Positions 53,262-61,911 of a DNA stretch of 61,911 bases are shown in pieces. The notes under the pieces were generated by a model. That model was not told the DNA's origin. It did no database searches and saw only the letters and a program-made list of their open reading frames with translations. Numbering within the stretch: the stretch's first letter is position 1; the number at the start of each line of letters is the position of its first letter. This stretch comes from Dicyema japonicum (Eukaryota; Animalia; Dicyemida), in contig RDEW01000065.1 in NCBI GenBank assembly GCA_011109175.1, positions 1 through 61,911 of the forward strand, read 5' to 3'. Both the position numbers and the translations under genes were made by a program.

Positions 53262-55530
53262 AAAATAATACTTATTATACATCATATAATTCTATAACTT
53301 CCTGAGCATGTTTATGTAAACGCCTCATATTTGAAAGTAAGCTTACTTTGACGATTTTATTACGGACTTTTTTAGAGATCATCATTGGCACATATTTGTT
53401 TGCTATATCATTAAAAAATATTACGTGATTCTTTAATCATCCTATGGAAAATCCGTATTGCTCTAAACCATATTCTTTGGTCAAATTGTTCATTAAAAAG
53501 TTCTACTAGGTTATCAATCGATCTGTATTAAATTGATTTAATACCTATGATATTCGCGATAATTGATATAAACGTGATTCCATTCTGTTAACTTATAAAT
53601 TATCATAAGAATCTCTTCAGACAAACTATGATAGTAGGAAGTTTCAATCGAATCGATCATTAAGTTACACAAAGTATTGCATATGGTATCATAGACAATT
53701 GAGCAATAAATATGTTTGCTGTATTCCCTGTAAAATAACTCAAAATATACATTAAATAATGAACCATCCTACTGTTCCAAACAAGATGTCGAAATTTCTT
53801 AAATTTTGTTAGATTTGCAATAACATTAAAAACTAGATATAAAATGTGTTTATTTTTAATATATTCTCGAAAAAAATTTAGAATTAAATTAATCCCGCCC
53901 TACACTACAAACAAGGTAATATTTTTAAGGTTATCATCTATCACAAAAAAAATTTTACCAAGAAGATACCAAATAAATGTCCAAGAAATATTGCAAAATG
54001 AATTATTTATCAATTCCTTTACTCATTAATATAATCAACTATTAACTGAATTTAAATTCACAATTACCTTGAGAGTGCCATAAAATCCCAAATAGGACAA
54101 TACTTTGTCATTTAAATTCTCGATCGGAATATATATGGTATTAAGTGGATTTTCATAAATAATAAACGTATGAACTAGGTTTATAATTGTATGAATAATC
54201 AATGAATTCGACAGAAACTTTAATTATTTAGTTAAATACATAGTTTGATAAGTTCCATGTTTTTATATAATACATCAAAAAAGCTAAATCATTCATGAAC
54301 TGAAAATTATAAAATCGTGACAACCTCAGTATCTCTGCAATTATTTTTTAAATAATTAATATCGTTTCATAAATAAGCCTAAATTACATAAACACCAACC
54401 ATCTATATGATTTAGAAATGATTTTATTTTCGAATTTAATTATTAGACAATGCCTATAAATATACAAACACAATTACATAATTGTTTTAATAACGTTGGA
54501 TTTTTTGATGTTCTCAACAAACGGCAAATAAACTTAAATATACTTACCAATTTACCCTCAAAAATCGTTCATAAAGTGAAGATCGAATTTCATAATCACT
54601 TTCACAAATATTATTTAGTGTATAACAAATAAGATCATCCTTATGTTCGAAATAAAAAATTGCATTGAAAAATTATGCTTCATGAAATTTGAGTTAATCT
54701 ATAATAATCATAATTATATGACTTTGTCATTATTTTTGAAAAATTGCGAAATTTTATCATAACTAAACTGCTGAATTCCTCTTTTGAACAGTTCTCTAAA
54801 AGTCAGATAAAATACGGGTTTAATAATTCATAATTAACTGAGAATCCGGACAAATCAAAGAATTCTAAATTCTTGGCTAATGTCAACAAAGGTATGAAAT
54901 CACAGCATAATTCATGGACATTTTTGCTGTTTGAATACGAAAAGTATTTTAATATAACAAACAAAAAAATTTAAAGATTCTGGACTGTTAAGACTTTCGG
55001 AAAAATCTTCGAAATTGGAAATAAGAACATTGTCAAAATTAATAAATTCGAGTACTTTGATCAATTTGATTGTGCAGCAATAAATTGTTGTAGGAGAAAT
55101 TTTTGTTAGTGGAGAATTTGATAAAAGTTCAAGTGATTTAATTTCACTAAATCCACTTTTAATTAGCAAATGTAATAAAATTGGGTCATCATAATCCAAA
55201 ATTGAATGAAGGAATTGACATTATTAGGAGTAAACGGTAGTAAGGCATATTTTCAGAAGATAGTATCTTTGCTAATTTATATTTATTAAATTTGGTAGTA
55301 TTCGGCTCAAATTTGCTACAGCTTTAATATCAATTTGATTTTTGGATAAATCGAGGCAATAGACGTTGCAACAAACTTCACGACATTTATTGAATTTCGA
55401 GAAATCATCGAAAATTGATGATATCATTTGTGAATTGAAATTATCAAAATATTTTATCTAATAATGTATTCTTTTAGAAATCATCATCTTTGACTTTGAA
55501 TGTATTTTATTATATTTATTCGAGTCAATA
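53262..55530 (-). pseudogene. Paralog of the LRR-like orphan gene relic
   Basis: ORF 54912-55199 aligns to ORF 16075-16362. Confidence 0.5.
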
Positions 55531-55704
55531 TTTTTTCGAAAATCATTTATACAATTTGAATACAAAAAGAAAATCTGCATTTCGTTACTAAATTTATGAA
55601 TTAATTAAATTTTAAAATACTTTATTATTAATATTATTATTAATAATAAACTAAAAAGTGTAATTATTTAATAACGATTTCAATAGTAAACTAATAAACA
55701 AATG

Positions 55705-57097
55705 TACCTGACGGCATTCCGGGAATTTTGTTAAAACACCTTGGTAATGCTGCAATCAATTCGATTACGTCAATTTTTAATTTGTCTTCTAACATGAACG
55801 TCATCCATGCAAATGGAAGAACTCACTTATAATACCTATCCTTAAACCAGGAAAACCGAAAACCTCACCTTCTTCCTACCGTCCAATTTCATTAACGTGC
55901 GCATTATCGCGCCTAATGGAGAAACTCGTAGTCTGGAAAATTAAACTCTATTTGCCCGACTGCCACTTTCAACATGGTTTCAAATGTGAGCCTTCAACTA
56001 CGACACATTTGACTTCACTTCTCAATTTATATCAGAGGGGCTCAACGTACCGAAACGCCATCTACGGACAATAATGGTTTCCCTGGATATCCAGAAGGCG
56101 TTCGATTCTGTCTCGAGAATATTACTCACGAAGAAGGTTTTTGACACCACCATTCTGACGGATTTGAAAAGATGGATAGACAATTTTATCTTCGGAAGAA
56201 GTGGACGTGTCTGTATAGGCCACGCAAGATCGAGGTCCCGTCTCCTACCAAATGGCGTCCCTCATGGATCGCCCCTCTCTTTGGCAATATTCAACTTGTT
56301 CCTCAACGATTTACCCTGCCCTGGAGGACCAGATTCAATGCTTCTCACTTATGCTGACGACCTAATCATCGCTAGCAGGAACAATTACGTGGGTACAACA
56401 AAATCAGAGCTTCAGTCACATATTGACGACCTGGGAGCCTGGTTGAAGTTAAATCGTCTCTCCGTGTCCAGGGACAAATCAACATATACAATTTTCACCA
56501 CGGACAGACTCGTCCAACTATCCTGGGAGTGACATTTGACCCTTTGATGTCATTTTCTCAACATGTGAAGAACGTTATGACAAAGGGTCTCAGGAAACTT
56601 AATATAATCAAACCGCTCTTGAAGTCCAAACCTTCACAGGAATGCGCCCTCGTCGTGTTCAATCAACTACTAAAACCGACGATTGAGTACGCTTGTGCCT
56701 CATGGCCTATGGAGCTTCGATATCAAATTCACTCAAGATCAATACCTTAATTGGCAAACTAGCACGTCAAACGAATCTACTTCTCGATCTTTTCACTCCA
56801 ATGCTTGACCAGGCCGCAATCAAAAATAATGGCTCCGGCTTCATCTGTCTGTGTGGCCAAGAAACAAGTCGTTTTTCCATTCAAGGCTAAAGGCCTCAAA
56901 TACACGAAATTTGGGGAAAAAACCCACTCCTCTTCAAACTCTAATGAAAGATGATCGTCGTTTATTCAGGAAAGCCGTGGGTACTCTGGAGGAACACAGG
57001 AAAAACCTCTCGATCCTGTTGAGGCGTACCGGGATCACTTAATTAGTTGGTTTACTCCTTCTTTCTTGGTGTTCCCTTTTCGGGGTTATTAAATAAG
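55705..57097 (+). mobile_element. Jockey/I-like LINE, paralog of 16864-18329
   Basis: Same RT and 3' end. TSD TAATAAACAAATG at 55692-55704 and 57098-57110. Carries a small internal deletion near 56510. Confidence 0.95.
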
Positions 57098-59528
57098 TAA
57101 TAAACAAATGACGATCTCAATACTATCCTGAAACATCGATTTTGTAGATCCTCAAGCATGCTCTGTATCGATATTGATAAAGGAAAAATCCATGCATCAC
57201 AGGCGTACTCAATACTTGGTAGAACGAATTCTTTGTATAAAAGCTTTAACGATGGGCGGGAAGATAATGGAGATTGAGTGAACGCCTAGAGAATTCAAAT
57301 TTTCTTTTGGATCCATTCGGTTACTAGGTCCACTTGATGGGTAAATGTGAGTAGATGATCCAGGATGACTCCAAGGATTGAAAGGGTTTTCTTAATCGGA
57401 AACGGGGAGTAATACAATGTAATTCGCGGTTTTGCCTGTAATTTTTTGGTGATGAAGTAAACGTCATTCTGATATTTCTAATTAATATTTCAAAAATATC
57501 ATTTAATTAAAATATAAAACAACAGTTTATTTAAAAAATATAAATAAATTTTGTGTAAGGATTGGAGTAGCACAACAATGTAGACTTGAGAACAGGCAGA
57601 AGCAAAGATGCTGTAGTGTGAAAACAGCCTCGACATAGTTGATCAAAGGGATCTTCCTATTTCCGTATGGCAAAATCAACTGGCGAAGCATATACATTAT
57701 GAAAACTTTTACACTAAAGAATAAATTTATTGTAGGACGTGCGATGAGAATTGAAGAAAGCAAATGCTCCTCCATCTTTCTTTTTAAGCAGAAACTTGTA
57801 ATTTACTATTGGAGAATGGATTTAATAATTTATAAATAAAACCATTGAGGGACTTGACTGAGCGTCATTCCCCTTCAGAAAACAAAGGGATAGTTAGATT
57901 GATATTTCTTGATCACTAAAATCACTCAGTTGAACATTGTTCACGTTGCATGCGAATAATCGGAGACAACTGGTTTGATAAGAAGAAAGTCTTTGTCCTT
58001 CTTCAAAATCATTGTATATCTCTACCTATACTCTGTGCACAAAGCTCAATGGAACCTCTATTTGATCTAAACTAAAATATTGACTGTTTAATTCTGTAAT
58101 TTCTCGTAAAGTTGCGCAACATTTTATATAAAGCTCACTTTCCAATGAACCATCGTCTATATATAACCTCAATTTTCCTATAATTTCTGCGACTTCACAT
58201 GTAAACAGAGAATTAGTAAAAAAAATTTTCAGACATGTTCAAAAATAAATAAGACAAATTTCAAAAATACTAACAGTACTTTCATTCTAACAAACTTTTT
58301 TACATATAACCTTTTCAATGCCACAATTCATGATTTAACATCAAAATTATATGAAAGTAATTTTTTTCAGAGGATTGTCGACAAATAAATTATGAATATT
58401 TATATATTTTAGATGTGTAGCACATCTCACTTCTACATTCAGCGTCTAGAGAAGCCATAATGACACATTACGTAATATTTTGATAATATTAATGATTCAT
58501 TTATTACACAGTATTCTACGACAAAGATTTTTTTAATAGCCGTAATTCACCCATTGTCAAATCATATGAGAATTAAAATATTGTGATAATTTACATTTTT
58601 ATTCTAACAATCGAAATGATATTGAAAAATTCTTGTCATGTTAAATATGTGTAATTGTCGAATAATAATCTATCAACAGGATTGGTAGATCACTGTGTCG
58701 TCATTCATGGAATATTCTCGATAAACACTCAATTTTTAGACTAACTTGATTTCATTAGCTTTATCAAAAATACAAATAGCAGGCTGATGTACTTGCAACA
58801 CATGTGTTCCTAATGATATGGATTTATGCAGACTTTGGCCTTCGTGCAGTCAAATGGTTAATCGCAGCTACTAATACATTCAAATCACCCGATCGAGCGT
58901 ATGGAAAGCGAAAATTATTATAGTACATTCGTGGGAATATTTCCGTTAGTGATGTCTTTGAGTAAATAAATCTGCATAAATTTCCCATCGCTTTCAATTG
59001 GCAATGAACAACATCGGAAGGTTCATTAATAACAGTTGGTTAACAATCCCTAAATTTTAATATAATTACGATACAGAACTTCAAATTTAATCATATTATC
59101 TATAACAAATCTCATACTTTGGAATCAATCTTACTTTGTTGATATTTTAATAATAAAACTTTTTTTTAATTTTAATAACTTATTATTTAAAAAAAACAGT
59201 TAAAAATTACTAGAAATTCTTTTCAGTCAAGGCTGGCATCTCTCAGAATTGAAAACTTATTTCCTATGACAACAAAAGTATTCTTTAATATGATTGCACC
59301 ATTACGGAAAAGTTCACCAGGCTAATTGGAGAGTTGCAGGACTAAAGAAAGGACATCCTACAATGACACGTTGTATCTTCCAGATCATTGAACTCACCAG
59401 AGATAATTCCATTGAGTGCATAGTGCACGCTACCATGATGGAACCCTCGTCCTAAAAAATTGCCTTTATTACATATATTATAATTTACAATTAGCTTTTA
59501 ATATTAACGTCACAGATGAATGGAAGAG

Positions 59529-59816
59529 GAAATGTGGTGCTGCGTGGTTAATTTGTTGAAGTTTTCCTAATGGAGTGGCGTCATGTGATCCACCTGTCTA
59601 GGTGATGCCCAGTACCAGGCCGGCACGAAAAAAGATCATTTGCTCTTCCCCACTCCACTGGAGAGGTTTCCACAACTGTATGTAATGGACGTCTTACCTT
59701 TTATGCTGATTCTGGATGGACTCTGTTTCTATAAAAGTGGAAACTGGATACACCTAATTAGTTGGTTACTTTAACTTCTTTCTCGGTGTATCCGGGGTTA
59801 ATAATAAATAAATAAA
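59529..59816 (+). mobile_element. Short 3' LINE fragment with a 7-bp TSD (copy 2 only)
   Basis: Ends TGYT* ttagttgg, then a hairpin and an AATA tail. TSD GGAAGAG at 59522-59528 and 59817-59823. Empty site at ~20790. Confidence 0.85.
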
Positions 59817-60985
59817 GGAAGAGTAAATTACAACAAATTAGCTAAAAGCACCACAAAGCGATAAGATCCTCAATAAATAAATAAAATTGATAATAGTGAT
59901 AGAAAAAAATTAATTATATTTAATATGTAAGGAAAATAGTTTTTATGGTGAGGTCTCATTATGGCATCCAGACATTGAGAACCCAATTAGAGTTACCTCT
60001 CATGATCACGAGGACAATATTCAGGAAGACCCATTGTGTTATTCTAGGCATACATAAACCGTGAAGCAGTCCAATTAACCTGATTAACTCAAACGTGCTC
60101 GGACCAATTCCGCCAGAATAAAAATTTTAAATTTTCCACTAAAAATATTGTTTTTTACGAATAAGCTAAACTCGAGTAACCTGTTACTGCATGAATGATC
60201 AAAAAGTGAGTTAAATGCACTCTTCAGTTAACAAAAGCATATGAATACTTAGAGTTCCGCTTGAGCCGTGCGCTTCACTATTCGTTCCACCAGGTTTCTC
60301 AATGTAACTTTCCTACATATTCTTCGTAATTCATCGAGGTGTATCGTTCCAAATACTTCATAAAGTCTCCAGTTAGTGCTCGAAATGAATACACTGACGT
60401 TGAAAGTTGCTACATTAAACAGGTTAGAATAAACAGACTGAGAGTACACAAATACATGGACATGGGTTTCAACCATTCAATGAACAAAATTATAAACAAA
60501 CATTTGTTTTTAAGTTGGTTGAGACAGAGAGACTGATTAAAGAAGATTATACTTTTTTACTGTTATGCGACTGAAAATCGATTGTACAGGTATAATTTGT
60601 GGATGTTGCTAAGTTTGAAAACAAGGATTCCATAAAGATCACCATTAATAAATATTTCAATATGAAAGTTCCAGCCTTTATGAGATACATGAAATGGAAA
60701 AGTGAGAACCATTTTAATATATTCTCAGAATAGATCCAAATGTATTTAAAATATAAATTGAATTTACAGGATATCATTAGTAATTACAACAATAATATAT
60801 TTAAATGTTATAAAAAACATCTATCTCAGGTTTCTTTAGCAATTTTTTTTGAATTCAGAAAATTGTTAAAGTACCACAAAATATAATAGTTTTTAACAAT
60901 GAATTAGTATAATATTTTTTAACTATAATATATTAGTCTTGTTTATGCGGAGCTATAAATATTACGGTTCTGGCGAATAGGTCTA

Positions 60986-61167
60986 CTATTAATATTATTA
61001 TTACCCCCAGGATCACTGGGTCAAAGAGAAAGAAATAAAAGTTCTCATCTAACTAAGTGATCCCAAACCGACAAAGGTGAGGACGAGTCCGGCGAGGTCG
61101 AGAATCCTGAACAGCTATTCTCATTCTTATGATTGTAGATAATTCGATAGTATTTGGAATAGAAGAC
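60986..61167 (-). mobile_element. Short 3' LINE fragment with a 7-bp TSD (copy 2 only)
   Basis: Minus ORF ends RFGIT*, then a hairpin and a TAA tail. TSD AGGTCTA at 60979-60985 and 61168-61174. Empty site at ~22470. Confidence 0.85.
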
Positions 61168-61330
61168 AGGTCTATTGGTGTCACTCGATCAGTTTTTCCA
61201 GATTTTAAAGTTTCGTGTAATCTTATTTCGTCTATAAATAATAAACATAACCTTTTTTCGATTATTAACTGCATTTTATGCTTTCAACTACATAAACTCA
61301 CCAGAACAAAATACATAAACATTTTTATTA

Positions 61331-61911
61331 TGTTACAGGCGCTACGTTACACTAGTGGACTTAGAAAAAAATCAAAAAAAAAATTTTGGGAATGTAGAAT
61401 CCTTTTGAGAAGGATGTTACAGGCCATTAGAGACGAGAGATTAACAGGGAGAGAAATGTCTATAGAGCTGTGATTTCATGCTTTCCGAGTCTGAATGCTG
61501 ATTTGGCCTGCTTCTGTGATTATCCCTCAAGCGGAAAGTTAAAGATACACTCCAATGTCAAACGGAAGATCCCGTCAATATGTGCGAGTTGGTCGAATTT
61601 TCGCTCGTTGTATTGTAGTGCATTGATTCGATTACCAGTAACTTCACGTCTACTTCATACATAATTCCACTCCAACTGCTTCTTTTATGTCTTTATTCCA
61701 ACAATTATCCTCGGACATCATCTTAGATAGTGAAATTGTGATTGTCTGATTGAAGCGTTCGATGATCCTTTGACTCCTTGGATTGTTAGGCCTATTATGA
61801 ATTTCTTAAAAGTTGAAGTAGTGACATAATGATCATACATGGAATATCACAATCTGACACAATTTTCCAGATAATTTCTCTTTTCACGAAAAAATATCTT
61901 TGTCTATAATA
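61331..61911 (-). mobile_element. Duplicated end of the Ginger-like element (paralog of 22637 onward)
   Basis: TATTA|TGTTACAGGCGCTAC... with ~19 bp deleted from the TIR, followed by the same integrase remnant. Confidence 0.8.

Larger units (their letters stand above)
36828..61911 (+). repeat. Segmental duplication, copy 2 (continues past the window end)
   Basis: See copy 1. Homology to ~23230 is still running at position 61911. Confidence 0.95.

Noticed and set aside
1-61911. Prokaryotic-type systems (retron, DGR, CRISPR-RT, defence islands) suggested by the many RT ORFs
   Set aside because: All RTs have non-LTR eukaryotic signatures (APE or REL partners, TSDs, simple-repeat tails), and host genes have spliceosomal introns.

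Overview
AT-rich eukaryotic DNA, not prokaryotic: there are no operons, CRISPR arrays or rRNA. Host genes have spliceosomal micro-introns (mostly 23-26 nt), which fits a reduced metazoan parasite such as a myxozoan, dicyemid or orthonectid. That assignment is inference and cannot be settled from this window. The window is largely a collinear tandem segmental duplication with a period of about 37-39 kb (~166-23230 vs ~36828-61911). Each copy gained its own transposon insertions, so several empty/filled site pairs with readable target-site duplications (TSDs) can be seen. The one convincing intact host gene is a 6-exon, 210-aa tetraspanin (40177-40953, minus strand). In the other copy it is broken and fused head-to-head to the 3' half of an isochorismatase-domain (ISOC) gene. 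Most of the remainder is decayed mobile DNA: Jockey/I-like LINEs, RTE-type LINEs, CRE-type and R4/Dong-type non-LTR fragments, and a pogo/Tigger transposase. There are also two gypsy-integrase-type (Ginger-like) DNA transposon relics, one with 40-bp TGT..ACA terminal inverted repeats and a 5-bp TATTA TSD. Between these lie degraded orphan genes, one of them LRR-like. The most interesting signals are the Ginger-like element and its possible TATTA target preference, a covarying 3' hairpin shared by one LINE family, the tetraspanin/ISOC chimera and the micro-introns. I found no clear evidence of a wholly new multi-gene system. All calls come from reading by eye; no database searches were run. An N at 5623 and frequent homopolymer indels mean some frameshifts and junctions may be assembly artefacts.
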